Part shown: positions 8,283 through 16,119 of the stretch, one piece after another | Layout of the letters: each line of letters begins with the position of its first letter | How positions within the stretch are numbered: the stretch's first letter is position 1 | IMG/VR virus record: IMGVR_UViG_3300049489_000201 | Direction: 5' to 3' (one strand) | DNA: 64,000 bases | Source of the DNA: an uncultured virus (IMG/VR IMGVR_UViG_3300049489_000201) | Taxonomy: Duplodnaviria > Heunggongvirae > Uroviricota > Caudoviricetes | The notes under the pieces: generated by a model | Told to the model about the DNA's origin: nothing | Databases searched by the model: none | The model's input: the letters and a program-made list of their open reading frames with translations, nothing else | Made by a program: the position numbers and the translations under genes

Positions 8283-10172
8283 TTACTTACCTTCCTTGTA
8301 GGTGTAGAGAGCGTTCACGTAGTCAGCGAGTGTCGCCGTCTTGCTGCTACCATTGTACCAGTATCCGGGCAGCAGCGGATAGGGCAAAAGCGCCTTCTCT
8401 ACGGCCTCGTTTGCCTTGCGCGTGCGATCCATCGACACGTTGACCGTCCACTCCAACGACCCGTCAACCTTCGTTGCGAGCAGGTCGGTCAGGGCGGGGT
8501 CGAGAAGCGAGTGCTTGCCGAGAGCCTGCAAGACAGTGTTGTCCTTGACAGCCCGAGCGAGGTACTGCTCGTCGGTACGAGCCTTGTCGGCGGCAGCCAG
8601 CCGATCCTTGATTTCTGCCCGGTCAACCGTGGCGTAGTCCTCGCGGAACGTGTCAAGGTCGCGCTTGTAGACCAGCACAGGCTTGACCTTGACTGCGATC
8701 ATCTGTCGCAGGTTGGGGTACGTTCCGTCCCGAAGTTCCTCGGGGGTGATGACGTAGAATTCCGCGTCAGGGTAATCGGACGCACGGTCGCCACCGTTGT
8801 AGACGTAGGCGTTGGCGTCGATCAGCAGCGTGGAACGCTGGGCGCGGTAGCGAGTGCCCGTGCCCGTGGTCATCTTCGGCAGGTCGCCCTTGTAGTCGTT
8901 CCAGTCGTGCCACTCGACCCACTCCGACGCCTCGCTCGACGCAAGGATGAAGTTGCGCTTGCCTGCGAAAGCGTGCGACGTGTCGTCGGACCACTGAGCA
9001 AGACCCTGCTTCACCCGCTTCGACACGGACGTGTAGGGGTAATTCTTGATGTAGACCACGGTGTCATCGGCACCCTTGCGCTGCCAGCGCGTGCCAGCCT
9101 TCGCGTTGTCGTACGGGTAGGCGTCACGGGTCCAGATCAGCGAACCGTTACCCACGATGTACGGCGGGACAGTCTCGGTGCCAAACTCCCACTTCACGTC
9201 GCGGAGGAACGAGAAGTGCTCGTTACGTCCACGCATGGCGAACGCCTCGGGCTTCGTCGTTGCCTTAGCCATGAAGGCGTCAATCTCGGCACGCACGCCG
9301 TCCTTGATTTCCACGACCTTGCGACGGAGGTAGTCGTTCGTCCGAACGTTGTAGAAAAGTTCCTCGCGGGAGGGAGCAAACGACACGTCACCGATGTTCG
9401 CCTTGATGATGAGCGGAGTGTTACGGAAGTCTGCGAGCAGGTCGCTGTCGCACTTGTAGGCGACGTTACCCATGAGCACAACGTGACCGTTGTACCCGCT
9501 ACCCGCGTACCAAACCTCCTGGCCGGGGATTTGGTGCAGACCGTCGAACGCCGACTGCGGAGCCTGACCGTTCACCAGCACCGACCCAGCAGGCCAGTAG
9601 GAGAAGATCGTCTCGGCCTCGGACTCAAAGTTCCAGATATCGGACGACTTGACGGGAATGGTGATCGTGGTCCCGTTGCGCTCCGACGTGGACACGGTGT
9701 CGATGATTTCGATTTCACCCACGCCCTCGGAGTTCTTCGCAACGAGAGCGATGGTGCGGATTCCGTTGTAGACGGACTCGATGGAAAACTGCGGCGAGTA
9801 GGTCAGGGCAGACTTGCAGCCGATGCCGAGCATTCCGACCTGATCGTTCGTCTCGCGCTTGTCTGAGCGGCCATAGAGCGAGTAGTGGTCAAGCACCTTG
9901 TCCGTGGACATACCCACGCCGAAGTCCTGAATGCGGAGGTTCGGATCGGTGTGCGACGGGAGGGTGACGAGCACGGGGTCGATGCACCCAGCCTCAATCG
10001 TCGCGTCGTAGCCGTTGGTGGCGTACTCACGGATGACAGCAGAAATCGGGTCCGTGTAGATGTTGGACAGCAGGCCCATGAGGTGCGCGGTCGCATCGGC
10101 GTCGATGGACATGGCGCGCGTCTCACCGCCGAGCGTGCTCCGCGCGGTCATCGTGTCGTTCAGAGGCTTCAT
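8283..10172 (-). CDS. rIIA-like protein with N-terminal GHKL ATPase domain
   Basis: IREYATNGYDA, DFGVGM, SDK...GMLGIGCKS, NGTTI, SREEL. Confidence 0.85.
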   Translation of the reverse strand: MKPLNDTMTARSTLGGETRAMSIDADATAHLMGLLSNIYTDPISAVIREYATNGYDATIEAGCIDPVLVTLPSHTDPNLRIQDFGVGMSTDKVLDHYSLYGRSDKRETNDQVGMLGIGCKSALTYSPQFSIESVYNGIRTIALVAKNSEGVGEIEIIDTVSTSERNGTTITIPVKSSDIWNFESEAETIFSYWPAGSVLVNGQAPQSAFDGLHQIPGQEVWYAGSGYNGHVVLMGNVAYKCDSDLLADFRNTPLIIKANIGDVSFAPSREELFYNVRTNDYLRRKVVEIKDGVRAEIDAFMAKATTKPEAFAMRGRNEHFSFLRDVKWEFGTETVPPYIVGNGSLIWTRDAYPYDNAKAGTRWQRKGADDTVVYIKNYPYTSVSKRVKQGLAQWSDDTSHAFAGKRNFILASSEASEWVEWHDWNDYKGDLPKMTTGTGTRYRAQRSTLLIDANAYVYNGGDRASDYPDAEFYVITPEELRDGTYPNLRQMIAVKVKPVLVYKRDLDTFREDYATVDRAEIKDRLAAADKARTDEQYLARAVKDNTVLQALGKHSLLDPALTDLLATKVDGSLEWTVNVSMDRTRKANEAVEKALLPYPLLPGYWYNGSSKTATLADYVNALYTYKEGK

Positions 10173-10375
10173 GTTTTCGTGCCCTTCGTTGTGGTGTAGG
10201 TCTAGAATACAGGCTACAAGGGGTCAGGTCAACGGTTTTCTGCCATAGATTTCAGGGGATTTTTCTGCCATTCGTAATTGACAGGATGGACCCTGCGGGC
10301 CATCGGCCCGCTCAGGGATTTCGTAATCGACTTCGTAACAGTCTGGTAACGGGCGGGCTAAGAACAGCCCGCATA

Positions 10376-10448
10376 TGGAGGCACTATCGGGAGTCGAACC
10401 CGAAACTATGGTTTTGCAGACCATATTCGCATACCCTGTCATAGCGCC
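10376..10448 (-). tRNA. tRNA-Cys(GCA), encoded CCA, weak D-arm
   Basis: acceptor GGCGCTA/TAGTGCC; anticodon arm ATGGT-CTGCAAA-ACCAT; TTCGA T-loop. Confidence 0.85.
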
Positions 10449-10449
10449 A

Positions 10450-10523
10450 TGGTAGGAGCACGGGGAATCGAACCCCGGAATGCTGGTTAAGAGCCAGCGG
10501 TTATGCCACTTTACTATACTCCC
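10450..10523 (-). tRNA. tRNA-Lys(CTT), encoded CCA
   Basis: GCTGG-CTCTTAA-CCAGC anticodon arm; GGTTCGATTCC. Confidence 0.9.
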
Positions 10524-10535
10524 ATGAATTTTGCG

Positions 10536-10608
10536 CTCCACCAGCAGGATTCGAACCTGCATCTTACACCTTAACAGGGTGCCGTCTTGCCAGTTAGACG
10601 ATGGGGGA
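10536..10608 (-). tRNA. tRNA-Asn(GTT), no encoded CCA
   Basis: GCACC-CTGTTAA-GGTGT; canonical D and T arms. Confidence 0.9.
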
Positions 10609-10649
10609 TTAACGGGATTGGTGTAGAGTGGTCTCATAACCAATCCCCG

Positions 10650-10722
10650 CGCGACCTACGGGAGTTGAACCCGCTCCATACACCTTGACGGGGTGATATC
10701 TTATCCGTTTGACCTAGATCGC
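10650..10722 (-). tRNA. tRNA-Asp(GTC), C at position 33
   Basis: acceptor GCGATCT/AGGTCGC; CACC-CCGTCAA-GGTG; GGTTCAACTCC. Confidence 0.85.
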
Positions 10723-10831
10723 ATGATGCCAGTTTTGCTTGCGGAAGATCTGGCAACTCCACTAGTTACAAATATACTTCAACAAGCCACCGCTCGTCGC
10801 TGCTTTCGCTCACGAACACAGTTGGGTGGAG

Positions 10832-10905
10832 TGACATGGACGGGAATCGAACCCGCGACGCCTTGATTGAAAGTCAAGGTTGCAACGACCAACGTACACC
10901 ATGCC
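10832..10905 (-). tRNA. tRNA-Glu(TTC)
   Basis: acceptor GGCATGG/CCATGTC; CTTGA-CTTTCAA-TCAAG; GGTTCGATTCC. Confidence 0.8.
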
Positions 10906-10910
10906 TTGCG

Positions 10911-10982
10911 TCTCGGTGGAGGGATTCGAACCCATCAGAGTAGTGGTTTACAGCCACGCTCCCACAGCCTACGGTCACCGAA
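10911..10982 (-). tRNA. atypical tRNA-Tyr(GTA)
   Basis: GTGG-CTGTAAA-CCAC; TTCGAAT T-loop; lacks long variable arm. Confidence 0.65.
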
Positions 10983-11031
10983 TTGTTCTGCCTTGGGCGG
11001 GGAGATTATCACCCACCCCGGCAGAGTCTCA

Positions 11032-11061
11032 AGTATACTTGATTCAGTCGTGTCCTGTCAA
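11032..11061 (-). promoter_or_regulatory. housekeeping-sigma promoter of tRNA cluster
   Basis: TTGACA-18-TATACT. Confidence 0.75.
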
Positions 11062-11091
11062 GTCCTAGAGGTATGCACCAGTCGGGATTGC

Positions 11092-11580
11092 CTAGGCTGG
11101 GCGACTCAAAGTCCCGCCCATTTGGCCGCTTGTTCGCGAGCCCTGCTCGGTTGCGTGTTCACTGTGCGACAACGCCCAGCGAACCAATGGAGCGACGAGC
11201 AAATCCAACTCTTCCTGGCGCGTGGTTGCTTCTGCGGCACGGCGGGCGGCAGCCTGGAGATCCACGGTGGCGTCTTGAGAAGTCAGTCCGTTGCTCATCT
11301 GGTCGGTCATGTTGGCGAGGCCCTGGGCGGTGAGGTCAGCAACTTGCGCGTCCAACTTGTCAAGGAAGTCCGGGTCGAACAGAACGCCCAGCAGGTGCTG
11401 CAACTCGGTCACAGCCTTGGAGAAACCCGTGACGAATGCCTCAGCGGCAGCCTCGTGCGCCTCGTCGTTGTAACGACCGTTATCCGAGAGATCCCAGTGG
11501 GTCGTCTTGAGAGCGTTGGCGCGCTCGACCATCGCGTGCTCGATCCCGACCAGGATTGACTGCGTTGCTACCTGTGACAT
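11092..11580 (-). CDS. hypothetical helical protein
   Basis: AAGGAGG RBS; promoter TTGACG-17-TAGAGT. Confidence 0.7.
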   Translation of the reverse strand: MSQVATQSILVGIEHAMVERANALKTTHWDLSDNGRYNDEAHEAAAEAFVTGFSKAVTELQHLLGVLFDPDFLDKLDAQVADLTAQGLANMTDQMSNGLTSQDATVDLQAAARRAAEATTRQEELDLLVAPLVRWALSHSEHATEQGSRTSGQMGGTLSRPA

Positions 11581-11728
11581 TTCGTTCCTCCTTGTTGGTG
11601 TAGTGCTACTCTATCTGATCCCGCTCGCTACGTCAACGGTTTTTCCGGGCAAATTTAGGTTCGTTCGTAACTTGACACGCGCGCTAGCGCGGGCCAAAAC
11701 CGGCCCGCGCCTTTCGGCGCGGCTGGCT

Positions 11729-11851
11729 TTATGCCAGAACCACCAGATAAAATGCCAGGGCAAATGCACCAAATATGCTAACGCACTTGATCGTTTCACT
11801 TTCGGTATACCAGGCAAGGGCAAGAAGGATGGGAATTGCCAGCCAAAGCAT
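11729..11851 (-). CDS. 40-aa membrane micro-protein
   Basis: TAATG coupling; two hydrophobic stretches. Confidence 0.5.
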   Translation of the reverse strand: MLWLAIPILLALAWYTESETIKCVSIFGAFALAFYLVVLA

Positions 11852-12603
11852 TAGCGCCCCTTTACAGCGAAACGAATGTTAGCCTTACCGTCGATGCAAA
11901 GACCGCACGAGAAACACGCGCCGCCCTCAGTGGTGATTAGCGGAATACGGCCCATTACCTCAGGGCACGCCGCGCCAGGACGATTAGTCCCGGTCATTTC
12001 CTTAACGGCCTCGCCAGCCTCAGCGGCAGTATCGGCAAGGTACGCAATCAGCAGCGACGGGTATTCCACGCGGGCAATTTCCGCCCAGCGACGGTTATCC
12101 TCGTCAACCGAAAGGTAAAGCGTGAGATTGGGAATGTCCGCGAGAATGTCCACGACATTAGCGCCGGGGATAAACGAACGGGTGTATGCCCAAAAGCGCA
12201 CGTCAGGGTTACGGCGCACAACGTCGGCCCACGCTGCGGCATAGGTGCGCGAGAAAAAGTCGCCGTCGTGGTGAATGCGGAAAACCGGCTCCGCATTACG
12301 CTTGACGCAAGCGGCACGGAATTCCCCAATGAGCGCGTTAAGCGACTCGACCAATTCACCGTAGGTCGCACCCTTGACGGCATTCCAATTGCTTTCCATC
12401 ACCGCGCGGAATCCCTTAAACAGATTCTCCAACTTGCCAGCGTAGCAAACGCGCTCGCAAACGCTAGTCTGGCCGGGGCAGGAATAGGCAGCGCCCGACA
12501 GAATGCCGAAAGCGTTGGAGATATTGGCGACCTTGCCATTGGCAGATGCGGACGGCGTAGTCTTACGGTCGGTGGAGAGGCGCAGGCCCAGGCGGTTGCT
12601 CAT
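11851..12603 (-). CDS. GP88-like (radical-SAM-related Fe-S) protein
   Basis: CPG...CxxxCYA, FRIHHDGDFF, FWAYTR, C-terminal CP...CxxCxxC; leaderless promoter TTGACC-17-TAATCT-6-ATG. Confidence 0.75.
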   Translation of the reverse strand: MSNRLGLRLSTDRKTTPSASANGKVANISNAFGILSGAAYSCPGQTSVCERVCYAGKLENLFKGFRAVMESNWNAVKGATYGELVESLNALIGEFRAACVKRNAEPVFRIHHDGDFFSRTYAAAWADVVRRNPDVRFWAYTRSFIPGANVVDILADIPNLTLYLSVDEDNRRWAEIARVEYPSLLIAYLADTAAEAGEAVKEMTGTNRPGAACPEVMGRIPLITTEGGACFSCGLCIDGKANIRFAVKGR

Positions 12604-12712
12604 AGGTCTAGATTAGCCTACCGTGGTCGCAGGGTCAAGGGTTTTCCGGGGAAATTTTGATCTATCGTAAGACTAGACCTTGCCCGCTTCGCGGGCTAAG
12701 GTCTTGGCCCGC

Positions 12713-12913
12713 TCAGTCGCTAATGTCACCATTGCGACGAGCGTAGGCCAACGCCTCGGCGTTTTCCCACTCAGTGGACTCGGCAGGGTAGTCGCCGGGC
12801 GGATACGGCTCATGCTTGGCGCAGTAGTTCACACCATTAAGGGCGTAGACAGACTCACTCTCGCAGTATGTGTAGTGACCCTTTTCGGGAGTCACGTAGT
12901 CACACTTAGGCAT
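12713..12913 (-). CDS. small Cys/His protein
   Basis: GGAGG RBS; C...C...CxxH. Confidence 0.6.
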   Translation of the reverse strand: MPKCDYVTPEKGHYTYCESESVYALNGVNYCAKHEPYPPGDYPAESTEWENAEALAYARRNGDISD

Positions 12914-13214
12914 TTTTTGCCTCCACTCGATTCCAGGATGAGTCCAGCACGCCGTCAACGGCAAGGGCAAATTGCCCAGAGTCGATCTTGATGTGCCCAA
13001 ACCGCTTATCGCTTACCTTGAGCCATGCGTAGGGCTGACGCAGGATTGCGATAGCCGTTGCGATTCCTACCGCCGTGTCGTCTGCTCCATCAGAAATGAA
13101 TGAGTCTAGTTGCGACTCCATCATTTCTAGCAGACTAGGGCCAGCAAACTTTCCCCGCTCGGCCATGTATTCCGGACCTTCGAACGCGCGGCTAGTCACT
13201 GTTCTGCCAGCCAC
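12906..13214 (-). CDS. hypothetical protein (start uncertain)
   Basis: ORF in minus-strand operon. Confidence 0.55.
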   Translation of the reverse strand: MAGRTVTSRAFEGPEYMAERGKFAGPSLLEMMESQLDSFISDGADDTAVGIATAIAILRQPYAWLKVSDKRFGHIKIDSGQFALAVDGVLDSSWNRVEAKNA

Positions 13215-13336
13215 TCGTAGAAGCCAACCTCAGATTCGATGCGCTCAAGCGGGGTCTGTGCGCCGAAGCGATTGACCCATAGGCGAAGCATCTGCTCAGT
13301 CGTCGGCTTGTAGCCAGGAGCGGCGGGTGAAGCCAT
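13196..13336 (-). CDS. hypothetical 46-aa protein
   Basis: TAATG coupling; GGGGGAG upstream. Confidence 0.5.
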   Translation of the reverse strand: MASPAAPGYKPTTEQMLRLWVNRFGAQTPLERIESEVGFYEWLAEQ

Positions 13337-13482
13337 TACTCCCCCCATCCCTTCGCAACGTGCTTCGGCTTGCGTCGGTAGTCCTTGACCGACTTGTGCT
13401 TGGTCGTTGCGTTGCTGCGGCGGGTGTCCTCGACACGACGCTGGTGCTCGGCGGTACGGCGGTGGTTGATGTGGTTGCTCAT
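13336..13482 (-). CDS. basic 48-aa protein
   Basis: RRSNATTKHKSVKDYRRKPKH; ATGA coupling. Confidence 0.55.
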   Translation of the reverse strand: MSNHINHRRTAEHQRRVEDTRRSNATTKHKSVKDYRRKPKHVAKGWGE

Positions 13483-13637
13483 GTTCCCGATCCTACCAGA
13501 AGTGAGAGTTTGTCGTCAAGCATGTGGATACAACGATTTACGCCGACTCGGGCGTCATCGGCCTTGTTGAGCCTGTCTCGCTCTGCTGCCATTTCGGCGC
13601 GGAGGTCGAGCAGCAGGTCTACGACCTCAGTAGTCAT
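13479..13637 (-). CDS. small coiled-coil protein
   Basis: MTTEVVDLLLDLRAEM...; packed between neighbours. Confidence 0.5.
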   Translation of the reverse strand: MTTEVVDLLLDLRAEMAAERDRLNKADDARVGVNRCIHMLDDKLSLLVGSGT

Positions 13638-13833
13638 CTTCGCCACCAAAGTAGCCGTAGTCCTCATCCGTGCCCCAGCCGACCGAAGCCATGCTAGAGT
13701 CGTGCTCATAGCCAAAGTCGATGACGGGCTCGTCATCATAGAGGCCGAGGCAGTAGTCACACTCACCGTCGTCATCGAGGTAGTCCTGACGGCAGACGGT
13801 GCAGAGGTCGGGTGCGTACTCTTCTGTGCTCAT
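13627..13833 (-). CDS. acidic Zn-finger micro-protein
   Basis: CxxC...CxxC plus SMASVGWGTDEDYG; leaderless promoter TTGACG-17-CATGAT-6-ATG. Confidence 0.65.
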   Translation of the reverse strand: MSTEEYAPDLCTVCRQDYLDDDGECDYCLGLYDDEPVIDFGYEHDSSMASVGWGTDEDYGYFGGEDDY

Positions 13834-13942
13834 AGGTCAATCATGTCAGTCAGACTGCCTCACGTCAAGTGATTTCTGGGGAAATATTTAGTGTGTCGTA
13901 ACCAAGAACTTATGCGGAACGCGGGCTAAGTTCTTGGCCCGC

Positions 13943-14121
13943 TGCCAGACCGGAGTGGTTACCGGTTTAGGCTTTTCGCTTGGCGGATCAAGCCAGCGTG
14001 CGGGGCTATCGCTCTACGTATCCAGGCCGTGCCTTGGCCTAGCGTTCTGACGACACCGTTTGTTCATAGGAACGGTGCTACTCCTCTACCCGGTTTCGGT
14101 AAGACTCTGCCGGGAAGTCTG
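13943..14121 (-). ncRNA. candidate multi-hairpin/pseudoknot RNA
   Basis: AGACT/AGTCT crossed with CCCGG/CCGGG, then hairpins CACCGTT/AACGGTG, AGGCC/GGCCT, ACCGG/CCGGT. Confidence 0.45.
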
Positions 14122-14280
14122 TTAAATGGTCACCACAAGAATCGCCATGATAGCGAGCGCGATGGTTGCCTGGAAAGCAACCGCGACTGTGGCGGGCTTG
14201 CGCGGTCGGCCAACCATATACCAATTGACCGGAAGTGAGAACAGGAACCAGGCCACTAGAACCCACTGCTGCCATACCAT
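14122..14280 (-). CDS. 52-aa two-TM membrane protein
   Basis: MVWQQWVLVAWFLFSLP...; TGATG coupling. Confidence 0.6.
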   Translation of the reverse strand: MVWQQWVLVAWFLFSLPVNWYMVGRPRKPATVAVAFQATIALAIMAILVVTI

Positions 14281-14582
14281 CACTTGCCGCCCTTTCGCGC
14301 AGCACGAGCAGCCTGACCCCGACGACGCTGAGCCGTGGGCGACGACTTGCCCACCTGGTCCTCGCGCGTGTCCGTCTCGACCTTGTGCGCGTACACCGTC
14401 ACGATGCGCTTGGACGCGGGGTCCACGATCACCGCGAGCCCATCACGGATGTGCCGACGCTGGCCAGGGTAGTAGCCATTGTCGTACGAAACGTGCGGGT
14501 AGTCCGCAGCCGCAAGGACCGAGTTGACATCGAAGCCCTTCTCGTCGATCTGCTTGCGGGCGTGGGCGGAAATGGTGAACAT
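14280..14582 (-). CDS. DUF4258/RelE-colicin E5-like (BECR-fold) ribonuclease-like protein
   Basis: SAHARKQIDEKGF...GQRRHIRDGLAVIVD...RIVTVY pattern; AGGAG RBS. Confidence 0.55.
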   Translation of the reverse strand: MFTISAHARKQIDEKGFDVNSVLAAADYPHVSYDNGYYPGQRRHIRDGLAVIVDPASKRIVTVYAHKVETDTREDQVGKSSPTAQRRRGQAARAARKGGK

Positions 14583-14602
14583 GAATTCTCCTAAGTAGGT
14601 TG

Positions 14603-14757
14603 GAACAGAGGATCACGGCAAGGCTAGCATTCGGCTTAGGCACGAGTCAAGGGGGTTGTGATCATCAATCTCGTAGTCCACCCTAGAAGTGCTTTCTTGA
14701 TCCTGAGGCGATTAACTCTCGTCGGCTTAGGACTAGCCTTGCTGTCATCCTCTGTTC
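14603..14757 (-). ncRNA. long hairpin RNA/leader with symmetric internal bubble
   Basis: GAACAGAGGAT/ATCCTCTGTTC and GCAAGGCTAG/CTAGCCTTGC stems; CCTAAGCCGA on both loop strands. Confidence 0.6.
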
Positions 14758-14888
14758 TCTTGTAGTCATAGACTAGCAGACACCACTGACAGGCGTCTAG
14801 GGGTTTTCCGGGGAAATTTCGACTAATCGTAACCCTTGTAGACCTTAGCCCAGCGGGCTAAGGTCTTGGCCCGCCTCGGCGGGCTCTG

Positions 14889-14984
14889 TCAAGCAAACCA
14901 CAAAAGGTATGCGACAGCAGCGAAACACAGCCAGAACGGCAGCGAGAACAGGAACGCCCACGCCATGCCCTTACAAGTCAGCAC
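14889..14984 (-). CDS. 31-aa hydrophobic peptide
   Basis: GGAGG RBS; AWAFLFSLPFW. Confidence 0.45.
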   Translation of the reverse strand: MLTCKGMAWAFLFSLPFWLCFAAVAYLLWFA

Positions 14985-15109
14985 GACTTCCTCCACTCTC
15001 GATTTTCACGACGACGACCGAGCCGACGCTCCTGACGTGACGAAAGCCCGTCGTGGCAGCATCCCCACGCGCACTTTCCCTTAGTGACGTGACGCGACTT
15101 CCTGAGCAT
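14978..15109 (-). CDS. basic Cys-containing 43-aa protein
   Basis: CAWGCC followed by Arg-rich tail. Confidence 0.5.
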   Translation of the reverse strand: MLRKSRHVTKGKCAWGCCHDGLSSRQERRLGRRRENREWRKSC

Positions 15110-15164
15110 CAGAGCCCCATTTCCCAGATGAGATAAAGCATGACAGCGATGAGCGCGGCGGTGA

Positions 15165-15398
15165 TCACGAGCGCTCCGACTGAGCCTTGCCGCCGAAAAC
15201 GCCGTCGAGAATGACGCGCGTTCCCTCAGCGTTGTACCAAACGCCCTGACGCTCGCAGGCCGACTTGACCTCACGCGGGCACTCGGCGCACCAGGACTTT
15301 GCCCGCTCGATCTTCGCGGGCATTCCCGACATGCGGATCTTGTCGATCTCCACAATCGTGAGGCCGGTCGCGGCGGGGGAGCAAGGAACCTGGAACAT
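15165..15398 (-). CDS. divergent WhiB-like protein
   Basis: C...AKSWCAECP...C...GVFGG; GAAAGG RBS. Confidence 0.65.
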   Translation of the reverse strand: MFQVPCSPAATGLTIVEIDKIRMSGMPAKIERAKSWCAECPREVKSACERQGVWYNAEGTRVILDGVFGGKAQSERS

Positions 15399-15441
15399 GT
15401 CGTGCCTTTCGTTTGTTGGTAGGGCTAGTCTAGCAGAAGGG

Positions 15442-15648
15442 TCAGACAATGGGGGTGATCTTAGCCTGACGCAGACCGTTCTCCCAGGTGTACCACACGC
15501 CGCGCGGGACGTTGATGCGGCCACGGTAGCCGTCGAAGACATATGCCTCGGTGTAGATACCGATCATGTGGACACCGTGCGACGACACGGGCTCAAGCAC
15601 GCACGCGGAGCAGCGGCAGGAGGGGGAGGGAGAGAGGATCTTACGCAT
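15442..15648 (-). CDS. hypothetical protein
   Basis: GAAAGG RBS; own promoter; CxCxxC. Confidence 0.55.
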   Translation of the reverse strand: MRKILSPSPSCRCSACVLEPVSSHGVHMIGIYTEAYVFDGYRGRINVPRGVWYTWENGLRQAKITPIV

Positions 15649-15834
15649 TTTCTTGCCTTTCGTTTTCGTTACCCTCAGTCTAGCAGGGGGGTCTGACAGT
15701 CGAGCCCTAGAAACGGACATATCACCTAGTCACAAGTGACTATCTTTTCGGGGGATTTTTTAGTCAGTCTTAACCATAGACATTCGCCCGCAGGCGGGCT
15801 AAGGTCTTGGCCCGCAGGGCCGAAGCCCTTGCGG

Positions 15835-16119
15835 TTACTCCTCCCACATTCCATCGAGGTGAATGTCCTCACGACCCTCGTTCGCGTAGTCGTAGTTGTC
15901 GCACTCGATGCCGGGGTGCGGCTCTTCGCCGCAGTCGGCGCAGTAGTCGTCGTCATCGAAGTCGAAGTCGGCGTCGCAGTCGCCGTTCGCGTGGTCACAG
16001 AGCGCGTGCTCGTTACCAGGACGCGAGGTGTCAAACGCACCAGGCTCGTCATACCACTCGCGCGAGCAGGGGGCAGCAGGGGTGTGGCCGCAGCAGGGGT
16101 AGTCTTCGCAGTAGGACAT
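15835..16119 (-). CDS. Cys/His/Asp-rich acidic protein
   Basis: CEDYPCCGH motif; GAAAGG RBS; own promoter. Confidence 0.7.
   Translation of the reverse strand: MSYCEDYPCCGHTPAAPCSREWYDEPGAFDTSRPGNEHALCDHANGDCDADFDFDDDDYCADCGEEPHPGIECDNYDYANEGREDIHLDGMWEE

Noticed and set aside
7575..9866. 763-aa + strand ORF
   Set aside because: Antisense shadow of the GC-rich rIIA/rIIB-like genes; no RBS or recognisable motifs.
10609..10649. HDV-like (theta) ribozyme after tRNA-Asp, or an extra tRNA
   Set aside because: Only a simple hairpin; no nested double pseudoknot or T-loop.
14683..14748. 21-aa ORF MTARLVLSRR... in the hairpin RNA
   Set aside because: Start lies within the stem and the RBS is weak; cannot be supported as coding.
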